A DNA stretch of 64,000 bases from Desulfovibrionales bacterium (lineage in GTDB: Bacteria; Desulfobacterota; QYQD01). A program made the translations under genes and the position numbers. Below the pieces are notes generated by a model. The model was not told the origin of the DNA. It ran no database searches and worked only from the letters and a program-made list of their open reading frames with translations. The stretch spans positions 39,474-103,473 of the forward strand of contig JAQURM010000008.1 in assembly GCA_028715605.1 (NCBI GenBank), given 5' to 3'. The stretch's first letter is position 1. Every line of letters begins with the position of its first letter. Positions 47,195-56,556 of this stretch are shown piece by piece.

Positions 47195-49201
47195 ATGAAA
47201 TTTTTTGGTTCTAAAAAATCTGAGCAGATGCCGCATGAGGCAGAAATAGAGGATCTGCGCCTGGCCATCGATAAGGCGCACATGCCTGCCGAGGTGCAGG
47301 AAGTTGCCCTCCATGAGTTGAAAAAACTGTCCAAAATGGGACAGATGACCGCCGAATATGGCATCATACTGAACTACCTGGAGTATCTGATCTCCCTGCC
47401 GTGGGATAAGACAACTGAAGACAATTTAGACCTTGCCCGTGCCGAAACAATACTTCACCAGGATCACTATGGACTTGAAGATATAAAAGCCAGGATTCTT
47501 GAGTACCTCGCCGTCCGGTCATTGCGATCTAAGATTAAATACCGCATCATGGTGGCCGACGAAGACGAGAACGTCCGTAGAAATTTGCAGGATATGCTCG
47601 AAAAGGAAGGCTACACTGTGGTTACTGCTACCGATGGAACGGGGGCCCTCCGGTTAATCGAGTCTTCTGAGTTTGATTTAATATTGGCTGACTTAAAGTT
47701 GAAAGGTCTCGACGGCCTGGCGTTTCTGGAAAAGGCCAAGGCTACCTGGCCGGAAACCGAATTCATTATGATGTCCCGGTATGCTATTCTCGACTCTGCT
47801 GTAGAGGCCATAAAAAAAAGCGCCTTTCATTACCTGTCCAAACCCTTTAACACGTCGGAATTACAAGAAACCGTTAAGAACGCCCTGCAAAGAAAGATGT
47901 GCGTCCAGGATACAAAAAGCCCCATTCTTTGTTTTATGGGACCGCCGGGAACCGGAAAGACTTCCCTCGGCAGGTCGGTGGCACATGCCCTGGGACGCAA
48001 ATTTGTCCGGATTTCCTTGGCCGGCATGAAGGATGAGGCTGAAATCAGAGGCCACCGCCGCACCTATGCCGGAGCAATGCCCGGCCGAATTATCCACGAA
48101 ATTCGCCGCGCCGGGTATAAAAACCCCGTGCTTATGCTGGATGAAATAGACAAGATAGGTCAGGATTTCAGGGGCGATCCGGCATCTGCTCTCCTTGAAG
48201 TACTCGATCCCGAGCAGAATGATAAGTTTACAGATTATTATCTGGATGTCCCTTTCGATCTTTCAAAAGTCATGTTCATCACCACGGCCAACACCGCTGA
48301 TGGTATCCCCGGGGCGCTTCGTGACCGCCTGGAGATAGTGAAACTTTCCGGTTACACGGAAGAGGAGAAAAAAAATATTGCCACGCGATATATTATCCCG
48401 CGTCAGATCAGGGAAACCGGCCTAACGGCCTATCCGCCGGAGTTTACAGATGCGGCTCTATATAAAATTATTCGTGAATATACAAGGGAAGCAGGGGTAC
48501 GTGACTTAGAGAGACAAATTGGCTCTATTTGCCGAAAGATGGCGCGGGCGATTATTGCAGGGCCAGGACATAATATGTCTCGGCGAACTATATTCCCGGA
48601 TTCCATTGAGAAGTACCTTGGGCCGCGCAAGTACCTGTTCGAGGCCACAGAGGCCAAGAACCGCGTTGGCGTAACGACCGGACTGGTCTGGACGGAGGCC
48701 GGTGGCGATATCATCTTTGTCGAAGCTACCAAGATGAAAGGTCGTAAGAAGCTTATTATGACCGGCTCGCTTGGCGAAATTATGCAGGAGTCCGCCCAGG
48801 CGGCTCTCAGTTATATACGGTCCAATGCCTGTATTTTTAATATCGCAGAGAATTTCTTTGACTTCCAGGACATCCATATCCATGTTCCATCGGCCGCTGC
48901 ACCTAAGGAAGGGCCGTCGGCCGGGATCACTATAGCCCTGGCCCTGATCTCCGCACTCACTGAAAGACCGGCCAGGCGTGACGTGGCCATGACCGGAGAG
49001 TTGACCCTGACCGGACGGGTCTTACCCGTGGGGGCCATCAAAGAGAAGATACTGGCTGCGCGGAGGGCCGGGGTAAAAGTGGTCATTCTGCCCCAAAAGA
49101 ACAAAGTAGACGTGGATACGCTACCGGCTGACGCAAAAGATGGGATTAGGATTGTCTTTGTTGACAACCTTACAGAAATTGTAGACATAGTCCTGGAGTA
49201 G
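47195..49201 (+). CDS. Lon-protease paralogue lacking the N-terminal LON domain, with a response-regulator receiver (REC) domain inserted before the AAA+ module
   Basis: Residues 1-115 match the Lon pre-AAA helix (ILNYLEYLISLPW...HYGLEDIKARILEYLAV). Residues 120-235 form a canonical REC (MVADEDE, DLILADLKLKGLDG, MMS, SKPF). Then GPPGTGKTS Walker A, and the protease domain PKEGPSAGITIALA with K in AIKEKILAARRAG. Confidence 0.8.
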   Translation: MKFFGSKKSEQMPHEAEIEDLRLAIDKAHMPAEVQEVALHELKKLSKMGQMTAEYGIILNYLEYLISLPWDKTTEDNLDLARAETILHQDHYGLEDIKARILEYLAVRSLRSKIKYRIMVADEDENVRRNLQDMLEKEGYTVVTATDGTGALRLIESSEFDLILADLKLKGLDGLAFLEKAKATWPETEFIMMSRYAILDSAVEAIKKSAFHYLSKPFNTSELQETVKNALQRKMCVQDTKSPILCFMGPPGTGKTSLGRSVAHALGRKFVRISLAGMKDEAEIRGHRRTYAGAMPGRIIHEIRRAGYKNPVLMLDEIDKIGQDFRGDPASALLEVLDPEQNDKFTDYYLDVPFDLSKVMFITTANTADGIPGALRDRLEIVKLSGYTEEEKKNIATRYIIPRQIRETGLTAYPPEFTDAALYKIIREYTREAGVRDLERQIGSICRKMARAIIAGPGHNMSRRTIFPDSIEKYLGPRKYLFEATEAKNRVGVTTGLVWTEAGGDIIFVEATKMKGRKKLIMTGSLGEIMQESAQAALSYIRSNACIFNIAENFFDFQDIHIHVPSAAAPKEGPSAGITIALALISALTERPARRDVAMTGELTLTGRVLPVGAIKEKILAARRAGVKVVILPQKNKVDVDTLPADAKDGIRIVFVDNLTEIVDIVLE

Positions 49202-49217
49202 GTTCAGTTGCCGGTCG

Positions 49218-49279
49218 CCGGACGATTATAGTGAATGTCAGTAGTCAGTAGTCCTTTGTCACTGGAAAAAGATGCCAAT
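49218..49279. promoter_or_regulatory. Conserved roughly 60 bp intergenic motif, copy 2
   Basis: ccggacgattatagtgaatgtcagtagtcagtagtcctttgtcactggaaaaagatgccaat aligns with 21116-21178. Confidence 0.5.
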
Positions 49280-49522
49280 ACAGCCTCTATTTAGTTAGTT
49301 GGATTCCATTTGGACTTTGAGCTTTGGCATTTGTCATTCTTCTGACTCCTTACTTCCGTCTTCCCCCTCCTGCCCCCTGTATTCTATAACTTGTCTCCTT
49401 TTAGTTTCACCTGTCACCTGGTATTTTCAAAAAACCTGCCGTAAGTTTCCCGCGCAGGGTTTCTTATTAACATAAATCGAATTATTACAGTTAGTTATAC
49501 TTATGTCCATAACCGGACAAAT

Positions 49523-49539
49523 CTGGCACGAATCTTGTT
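49523..49539 (+). promoter_or_regulatory. Putative sigma-54 (-24/-12) promoter: cTGGCACGaatcTTGTt
   Basis: GG and the -12 element have the correct 11 nt spacing. The -12 reads TTGT rather than TTGC. Lies 90-110 bp upstream of the small ORF at 49631. Confidence 0.3.
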
Positions 49540-49630
49540 ATTAATATAAACAAAGGCTGGTTATTTGAGCATTGCGAACCCGGCGGGAGATAAACCCTGT
49601 CAAAAATATCAACTAACAGAGGAGGATGCC

Positions 49631-49801
49631 ATGAAAGGATTAATTAGAAGATTTGAGCAGTGGATGGTGGCGATTACTTTTGCTGAGGTCGGAGAATTCG
49701 ATACGGCAAGGGAGATCATGAATGAACCAGATCAACCTATGGACGTTCCTAGAAAGAGGCGGACAGATACCCCTTATATCCAGGCACAGCCGGGACGGTA
49801 A
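49631..49801 (+). CDS. Small hypothetical protein (56 aa) with a strong Shine-Dalgarno sequence
   Basis: GAGGAGG sits 6 nt upstream of ATG. Reads MKGLIRRFEQWMVAITFAEVGEFDTAREIMNEPDQ... The track's longer form starts at 49565. Confidence 0.3.
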   Translation: MKGLIRRFEQWMVAITFAEVGEFDTAREIMNEPDQPMDVPRKRRTDTPYIQAQPGR

Positions 49802-49968
49802 TGGAGTTTAAAGCACACCCAATGGCTAACTGCTTCGCCTTGGGCGGTTTTCCGATTAGCCGGTTTCAGGGATAGACCGGCTAATCGGGTAAGGATTAAA
49901 GTTAAAACGGGGAAGATCGGTTTTGATCTGCTGAACAGCCATATCCAGTGTCGGCGCAGACGTTAACT

Positions 49969-50400
49969 TTAAGAAGGCGTACCGGACGGTTGATTTGCCT
50001 CTTTCCTTAATCTGATGTTCTCTTTTTGTAACCGGCGATACCTCATAACCCTTTCTATTGTGAGCAGGATATGCTCCTTGCGGAAGGGCTTGGTTATATA
50101 GTCAAAGGCGCCATTTTTCATCGCCTCAACTGCCGATTCAATGGTTCCATAAGCGGTGATAACGACAAACGGTATCTCCAGCCCGCTCTTTTGAGCCTCT
50201 TCGATGATCTCCATCCCATCCTTTTCAGGCATGCGCAGGTCTGTGATTACCAAGTCGAAATCCCCCCCGGCAATTAATCCGGGAACCTCCAGAGGATTAC
50301 TTGTGGTTGTTACGTTATAATCGGTTTTGTCAGTGATAATGACCTCAAGCAGTTTAAGCATATCAGGTTCATCATCCACAATCAGAATTTTCTCGGCCAT
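49969..50400 (-). CDS. Stand-alone response-regulator receiver protein (REC + linker only; paralogue of the N-terminus of the NtrC-type regulator at 53887)
   Basis: ILIVDDEPDM, DLVITDLRMPEKDG, ITAYG, DYITKPF. About 55% identical to residues 1-135 of the sigma54 activator, with no AAA+ or HTH domain. Confidence 0.7.
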   Translation of the reverse strand: MAEKILIVDDEPDMLKLLEVIITDKTDYNVTTTSNPLEVPGLIAGGDFDLVITDLRMPEKDGMEIIEEAQKSGLEIPFVVITAYGTIESAVEAMKNGAFDYITKPFRKEHILLTIERVMRYRRLQKENIRLRKEANQPSGTPS

Positions 50401-50430
50401 GATGTCTTTTCCTCCAACTATTGAGTTCTC

Positions 50431-52659
50431 CTATCTATCAAAGGAGCACAAGAAAGCAGGCAAAGACACGATAAAGGTCGTCCCTTTCTTGTCACCTGCC
50501 TCCTCCGCAGTCTTTGTTATGAAGTTAATCGTTCCTCCGTACCCGTTGACTATATTGTAGGAAACCGTGAGTCCCAGACCAGTCCCTTCCCCAGTCCTTT
50601 TGGTAGTAAAAAATGGATCAAATATCTTTGTCCTGGACTCCGGCGGGATACCACAGCCGGTATCAGAAAAACATATCCGGACCAAATTATTATCCGTATC
50701 AAAGGCAGTAGAAACAGCCAGATCTCCCCCACCCGGCATAGCCCCTATGGCATTGTTTATCAGGTTGAGGAAGACCTGCTGAACCTGTGTGGGATCCGCC
50801 TTGACTTTAGGCAGATCAGGAACCAGGTCCAAGTTAACCTTGATTTTTTTCATCAGAAGTGTGTTCCCAACTACCTTAATGATATTTCCCAGCTCCTGGT
50901 TAATATCCGTAAGATCCTCGGCATACTCGGAGGCGCGGCTAAAACTCAAAAGCTGCGATACGATCCTTTCGCATACCTGTGCCTGGTGGATTATCCTTTT
51001 TAACATATCATGCCGCTCGTCTCCGGGAGGACATTTTTCCAACAGGACTTCGGAGAACCCCATGATAATAGCGATCGGATTGTTTATTTCATGAGCCACT
51101 CCGGCAGCCAGTAGCCCCAGTGATGCGAGCTTCTCGGTGTTGGCCATCTGACCGGCCATCTTGTTTTGTTCGGTAACATCGCGCGAGATGCCAAGCAGGG
51201 CCCTTACCACCCCAGTTGTGTCCTTTATAGGGATTAAGTGGGTGCTAAACCAGTATTCTTTCCCGCCGATCTCAGCCCGATGTTCGAGGTCCTGGGGTTC
51301 CCCAGCGTCAAATATCCTATGGATGGTCGCCAGGTTTAATTTATCGCAAACGCACATTTTGAGAAAATTCCGCCCTTCAATGGACCCGGGCGGGACACCG
51401 GACAGATTACCAGAAAGAAGGTTTATGGCATAACGGTTGATGGAAATGATATTTCCATCCCTGTCCAGGGAATAGATCATGTCCTCAGCATTCTCTACTA
51501 ACGATCGATAACGTTCTTCAGATCTTCTCAGGCTCCGTGTTTTTTCCTCTACTTCCTCGGAAAGCTTCTTTTCCCAGCGCCGCTCGTACATAAAAGCGGT
51601 CAGCCCTACCATAATGATGGATAGGACAATCACTCCATGCATAACATGTAGCCGCGTCAGATCCTTCTTAATGACCTCTTCTACTTCACTTATCGGGGCG
51701 ACAACAGCCACCGACCAGGAAGGCCGCGACCCGGGATGACCGACAATTACCGGTGTGTAGGCGATCAGCTTTTCTATAGGACCTTTGGTCTCCCGATGCC
51801 AGCCGGAAATATACCAACTGGTTCCCTCCCGGCCCGCGAGCATCCTTTCCTTTTGAATGCGATGGATGCGGACAAAGGATATTTTAGGCGCTTTTTTCGG
51901 GCGTACCTCAAATGCGTTTGCACCCATGAACTCTGCCAGTGGATGATATAAGAAGACCCCGCGGTCATCGATCACCCATGCATAGCCGGTCTCTCCTGAA
52001 CGGATATCCATTACAATCCTTTTTACGAAGGTCGTAATATCCAGGGTAACCTCTGTTATCCCGACGAAATTCCCCGTGGGCACCGGATGCGCTTCATCGA
52101 TCGACTCCTGATAGGTGGGTATGCCCATGGTGAGAAGCAACCTTCCCGGATAGCGCTCCTCGTCCCGAAAGGCATCGCTGACGAAGACCTTGTCCTTATT
52201 GTCTGTTGCCGAAGCAAGCTCAAGCGTATCTCTTAGACCTGCCCTGTGACTAACATCCAAAATGAAGTGTTTCCCATGGTTATCGACGGAATACTCCTTC
52301 TTTCCATCCTGATCGATGCGGGAGATCAAGAGGACACCGCTTTGCTTCAGAACAGACATGGTTATCTCTATCCGTCTCGCCCATGCCACGGGGTCAAGAT
52401 ACTGGAGGGAAGGGGAATAGTTTAACACCCGCAGCTCGTCGCAAATAAGTTCAAGGTTATTCTGTAGTTGCCGCGCTGCGTACCGGGCAAGGAGGAGTTG
52501 CTGTTGATTGAATTGCTCCACCGCGATCTTTCGCGTCTGCTTCTCCAAAAAGATGCTCAAAAAAAGCGCCCCGCCGAGTAATAAAACCATGGCCGCATAG
52601 ACAGCAATGGCTATACTCTTCCCTCTATAGGGGGAGGTGGTTTTTTGGGTAGTCGTCAT
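50431..52659 (-). CDS. Sensor histidine kinase (Cache-like periplasmic sensor, PAS, HisKA, HATPase_c); paralogue of 45196-47100
   Basis: AHEINNPI H-box; DTGCGIP...GTGLGL. The N-terminal sensor is about 45% identical to HK 45196. Confidence 0.85.
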   Translation of the reverse strand: MTTTQKTTSPYRGKSIAIAVYAAMVLLLGGALFLSIFLEKQTRKIAVEQFNQQQLLLARYAARQLQNNLELICDELRVLNYSPSLQYLDPVAWARRIEITMSVLKQSGVLLISRIDQDGKKEYSVDNHGKHFILDVSHRAGLRDTLELASATDNKDKVFVSDAFRDEERYPGRLLLTMGIPTYQESIDEAHPVPTGNFVGITEVTLDITTFVKRIVMDIRSGETGYAWVIDDRGVFLYHPLAEFMGANAFEVRPKKAPKISFVRIHRIQKERMLAGREGTSWYISGWHRETKGPIEKLIAYTPVIVGHPGSRPSWSVAVVAPISEVEEVIKKDLTRLHVMHGVIVLSIIMVGLTAFMYERRWEKKLSEEVEEKTRSLRRSEERYRSLVENAEDMIYSLDRDGNIISINRYAINLLSGNLSGVPPGSIEGRNFLKMCVCDKLNLATIHRIFDAGEPQDLEHRAEIGGKEYWFSTHLIPIKDTTGVVRALLGISRDVTEQNKMAGQMANTEKLASLGLLAAGVAHEINNPIAIIMGFSEVLLEKCPPGDERHDMLKRIIHQAQVCERIVSQLLSFSRASEYAEDLTDINQELGNIIKVVGNTLLMKKIKVNLDLVPDLPKVKADPTQVQQVFLNLINNAIGAMPGGGDLAVSTAFDTDNNLVRICFSDTGCGIPPESRTKIFDPFFTTKRTGEGTGLGLTVSYNIVNGYGGTINFITKTAEEAGDKKGTTFIVSLPAFLCSFDR

Positions 52660-52711
52660 AGGCTTAACTTGCGATTATCTATGCAGTTCAATTTGAAAAC
52701 CAAGGCGATGT

Positions 52712-53905
52712 GTGGTAAAAGGTGACAGACTTAAGCAAATTATTAATTACTTAAATTTCTTTATTAGTCAAGGAGATATTGGTGCTGGAGTTATGAAACA
52801 CTGCAAACGAAAAAGAGTCGCCCACTTTGAAGAAATCTGTCGTGCCTTAATTGATGGGACAGAAGACCTGATCTATATTCTGGATCGCAAGGGCCGCTAT
52901 ACCTTTATCAATCCATGGATGGCCCGATTCCTTTCCATGGACGTCGAACAGATTATCGGCCACTCCCTTTTATCATTCATGCCGGAGGTGGATGCCCAGG
53001 AACAGATCAGGTTAATCGACCAGATATACGCCGGCACAAAGAGTGTCAAAACGGAATTTACTATCCGGAAAGGAGACGGCGCCTTCTTGTTCAGCGCCAA
53101 CCTGGTACCCATCAGAGATGAAAAAGGAGATGTATGCGGCGTCCTGGGCATTGCCAGAGACATCACCGAGACCCGTAATTTTGAAAAACAACTGATAACC
53201 ACCGAAAAACTCGCCTCGCTGGGCACGCTGGCCGCGGGAGTGGCTCACCAGATAAATAACCCCCTGTCGATTATCTTGGGCTTTTGTGATCTCTTGCTCG
53301 AAAAGACAGATCCGGAGAGTCTAATTCATCGGGACCTTCGGACTATTGAACGTCACGGGCTGTACTGTAAGAAGGTGGTGGAAAATCTTCTCGGCTTCGC
53401 ACGCATTGCGGAAGGAGACGAGGTGTCGGCAGATGTCAACCATGCCCTGGAGATGATCCTGGGTATAATAGACCATACCCTGCTCATCCACGGCATTACT
53501 GTGGAGAGAGACCTCGCCCCTTCTCTTCCCCTGATCTGTGGAGACACCAAACAGCTTCAACAGGTTTTTCTGAGTCTGATCACCAATGCTGTTGAGGCTA
53601 TGAAGAACGGGGGGGCGCTTGGCATCTCGACCGGGATGGACGGGTCTTCTTACGTCTTTATCCGTATTTCGGACACCGGGGATGGCATAGACGAAAACTG
53701 CCTGGATAAGATATTTGATCCCTTTTTCACCACTAAACCGGAAGGCGAAGGGACGGGATTGGGCCTTTCTGTAAGCTATGGAATTATACAAAAGTACGGC
53801 GGGACTATTTCCTGTGAAAGCAAAACAAGCAAGCCATCGGGGACTAACTTTACCATAAAGTTGCCTATATTCAGAAGGAGCACAAGATGTCAGAACGGAT
53901 ATTGA
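52712..53905 (+). CDS. Cytoplasmic PAS-domain sensor histidine kinase
   Basis: PAS region, AHQINNPL H-box, DTGDGIDE...GTGLGL. Confidence 0.85.
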   Translation: MVKGDRLKQIINYLNFFISQGDIGAGVMKHCKRKRVAHFEEICRALIDGTEDLIYILDRKGRYTFINPWMARFLSMDVEQIIGHSLLSFMPEVDAQEQIRLIDQIYAGTKSVKTEFTIRKGDGAFLFSANLVPIRDEKGDVCGVLGIARDITETRNFEKQLITTEKLASLGTLAAGVAHQINNPLSIILGFCDLLLEKTDPESLIHRDLRTIERHGLYCKKVVENLLGFARIAEGDEVSADVNHALEMILGIIDHTLLIHGITVERDLAPSLPLICGDTKQLQQVFLSLITNAVEAMKNGGALGISTGMDGSSYVFIRISDTGDGIDENCLDKIFDPFFTTKPEGEGTGLGLSVSYGIIQKYGGTISCESKTSKPSGTNFTIKLPIFRRSTRCQNGY

Positions 53906-55287
53906 TCGTGGATGATGAGTCCGATATGCTGGAACTTCTCCGAAGGATTGTAGAGAAAAACACCGCCTATGAAGTCTTGACCTGCTCTAATCCGCTGGCC
54001 GTTATGGACTTACTGAAGGAGAACCCGTGTGCACTAGTCATTTCAGACCTTAAGATGCCGGGGATGGATGGCATTAGTACCCTCGAACAAGTCAAACAAT
54101 TAGATGAAAGCACAGCGGTCATTATCATGACCGCTTTCGGTACGATCGAGACTGCAATTGACGCCATGCGCAAAGGTGCCTTTGACTATATCACCAAACC
54201 TTTCCGCAAGGAGAAGATTCTCGTCACCATTGACAAGGCCCTCGAATGGCACCGACTACGTACTGAAAACGAGCGCCTAAAGCAGAAACTCGAAGAAACT
54301 ATGCAATATGGGACGATCATTGGATCGAGTCCGATTATGAAGCAGATTTATGAAAAAATCAACCAGGTTGCCAAGACATCCGCGACAGTCTTGATTACCG
54401 GGGAAAGTGGTTGTGGGAAAGAATTAGTGGCGAGAGCCATCCATGCCCAGAGCCTCCGTAGTAATTATAAAATTGTCCCTGTAAGCTGCTCCGCCCTCCC
54501 TGAGTCTTTGATTGAAAGTGAGCTTTTTGGACATCTGAAGGGGTCCTTTACCGGTGCGATAAGGGAACACAAGGGCCTGATCGAAGAAGCCGAAAACGGT
54601 ACACTATTCCTGGACGAAATTGGTGACTTAAGTCTGCTTATCCAGGTCAAACTCCTTCGTGTTATCCAGGAAGGAGAATTCAAAAAGGTCGGTGATAGCA
54701 AGATCACTAAGGCCAACGTCCGCATCATATCGGCCACCCACCGGAACCTTCTAAAAATGATCAAGGAGAGAACCTTCCGGGAAGACCTCTATTACCGTCT
54801 TAATGTCATCCATATTCACCTGCCTGCGCTACGCGACCGCAAGGAAGACATCCCTATCCTCGCCCACTATTTCCTGGCTAAATACAGCAGCCTCAATAAC
54901 AAGGACATCAAGGGCTTCTCTCCGGGGGCGCTTGCCGCTTTAAAGTCAGATGACTGGCCCGGCAATATCAGACAACTGGAAAATGTGATCGAAAGGGCTG
55001 TGATACTCTGTTCAGGCAACCGGCTCGACACGGAAAATCTGTTTTCCGCCGATTCCGTCTCAGGGCTGCAAGAAACCACAGACGCGGTTCTTACCCTTCC
55101 ATACAAGGATGCCCGGGAAAGATCGATCGAAGAATTTAATCGCCGCTATATTTCCTACGTCCTGGCCCGGCATTCGGGCAACGTATCCCGGGCTGCCATG
55201 GAATCCGGATTAAAACGGCAGTACCTGCACCGCCTTATGAGAGACTACGGCATCCATTCGGCCGGTTTTAAGGCCGCGCAAGAATAA
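53887..55287 (+). CDS. Sigma-54-dependent response regulator (NtrC family: REC + AAA+ sigma54-activation + HTH)
   Basis: REC motifs; GESGCGKE Walker A; GAFTGA-like (GSFTGA) loop; C-terminal Fis-type HTH. Confidence 0.9.
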   Translation: MSERILIVDDESDMLELLRRIVEKNTAYEVLTCSNPLAVMDLLKENPCALVISDLKMPGMDGISTLEQVKQLDESTAVIIMTAFGTIETAIDAMRKGAFDYITKPFRKEKILVTIDKALEWHRLRTENERLKQKLEETMQYGTIIGSSPIMKQIYEKINQVAKTSATVLITGESGCGKELVARAIHAQSLRSNYKIVPVSCSALPESLIESELFGHLKGSFTGAIREHKGLIEEAENGTLFLDEIGDLSLLIQVKLLRVIQEGEFKKVGDSKITKANVRIISATHRNLLKMIKERTFREDLYYRLNVIHIHLPALRDRKEDIPILAHYFLAKYSSLNNKDIKGFSPGALAALKSDDWPGNIRQLENVIERAVILCSGNRLDTENLFSADSVSGLQETTDAVLTLPYKDARERSIEEFNRRYISYVLARHSGNVSRAAMESGLKRQYLHRLMRDYGIHSAGFKAAQE

Positions 55288-55440
55288 TAACTATCCGAGA
55301 CTATCTCCTTCCTTTTTTGGGTACCCCGTCCATTTTTTATATCAACTGTCACCTGAATGTTTCACTTAAATCCTTAACTCCACCTCGGTAAGGATACTAC
55401 CGATTGTTTATTATCACGCTATAACAACAAGATAAGAAAA

Positions 55441-55998
55441 ATGTATCTTGGTTTTGTCATGATGGCACAGGTGTTGAATATGGAAGCGGGCAGATGGGAA
55501 AGGGACTACCAGATGGTTGAAAAACGTATGCGGGAGATTATGTCGGAAGATTTTTTGACTACTGCTAAATCTCAGACTCTCCCGGAAGCGATTAAAATGC
55601 TTTGTAGCGCCCGCGGGAAGCGTGTTGTGCCCGGGGCCGTTGTTGTTTTTGACCAGAATCAATCTTTCTGGGGGCTGCTTACCCTGGAATGTGTTCTTGA
55701 AAGCGTACGCCCGTCTTTTATGAAAAGTTCAAACCAGCGGGGTGTGGTAACGTGGAACGGTATTTTGCTGGAGTCATGCCAGAAACTGGCCGGGCTTAAA
55801 GTAGAAGATGTGGCAGATAAGGAAGTCCCCCGGCTTGAACCTGAGGACAGATTGATTAAGGTTATCCACCTGTTTCTCAAAACCAACCGCCGGGAATTAC
55901 CCGTATTAGAGGACGATACCGTAGTGGGCCTGGTGGATGTGAGCAGGATAATCCAGGAGATTAATGAGCTGATTACCAAATTTTGTCAGGGGAGATGA
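55441..55998 (+). CDS. CBS-pair domain protein
   Basis: Two CBS-like segments. The real start may be the internal M (MVEKRMREIM...). Confidence 0.5.
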   Translation: MYLGFVMMAQVLNMEAGRWERDYQMVEKRMREIMSEDFLTTAKSQTLPEAIKMLCSARGKRVVPGAVVVFDQNQSFWGLLTLECVLESVRPSFMKSSNQRGVVTWNGILLESCQKLAGLKVEDVADKEVPRLEPEDRLIKVIHLFLKTNRRELPVLEDDTVVGLVDVSRIIQEINELITKFCQGR

Positions 55999-56005
55999 TC
56001 TCACT

Positions 56006-56416
56006 TTGATCCCACGGATACTTATCGCCGACAGACAGACGGAGATTCTGGAACTCTTTACAAGGATACTGGAGGGAGACAGTTCTGTCTCATGTTACAC
56101 AAGTGACGACAATGAGGATTTGGTTCGTCAAATCCGGGAGGTATCCTTTGCCATCATGCTGCTTGATGTCCAGATGGTTCTCTACAATAACTTTGCACTC
56201 CTGAGAACGATACGGGAGATATCTCCGGCAACAACGATCTTGATCATGGGATATCTGGAGGAGCTGGAAGCCATGAAGAAGGGGGTCAATTGCGGGGCCT
56301 CCGGGTATATTATCAAGCCGGTCATGGCTAGGGACCTCCGCAAGGAGGTAGGGAAATGCCTCCTCTCTCCCACGCCAAGAAGGGCAGAACCACCGGCAGG
56401 GCAGGTTAGCACGTAA
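56006..56416 (+). CDS. Degenerate receiver-like (REC) domain protein
   Basis: TTG start. ILIADRQ, MLLDVQM, ILIMGY, YIIKPV resemble REC motifs with a non-canonical acidic pocket. Confidence 0.45.
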   Translation: MIPRILIADRQTEILELFTRILEGDSSVSCYTSDDNEDLVRQIREVSFAIMLLDVQMVLYNNFALLRTIREISPATTILIMGYLEELEAMKKGVNCGASGYIIKPVMARDLRKEVGKCLLSPTPRRAEPPAGQVST

Positions 56417-56556
56417 AATTTCACTATTATTTAAAAGGAGGTAGGGACTTATGGTCAGAATAAGATTTCTCTAAATATGGAGGGCATAACCATACCAAAG
56501 AAGTTCTGTTATTTTTATGATGATTCTCAATCTCTCGAAGCAAGGAGGTTTTCTGA

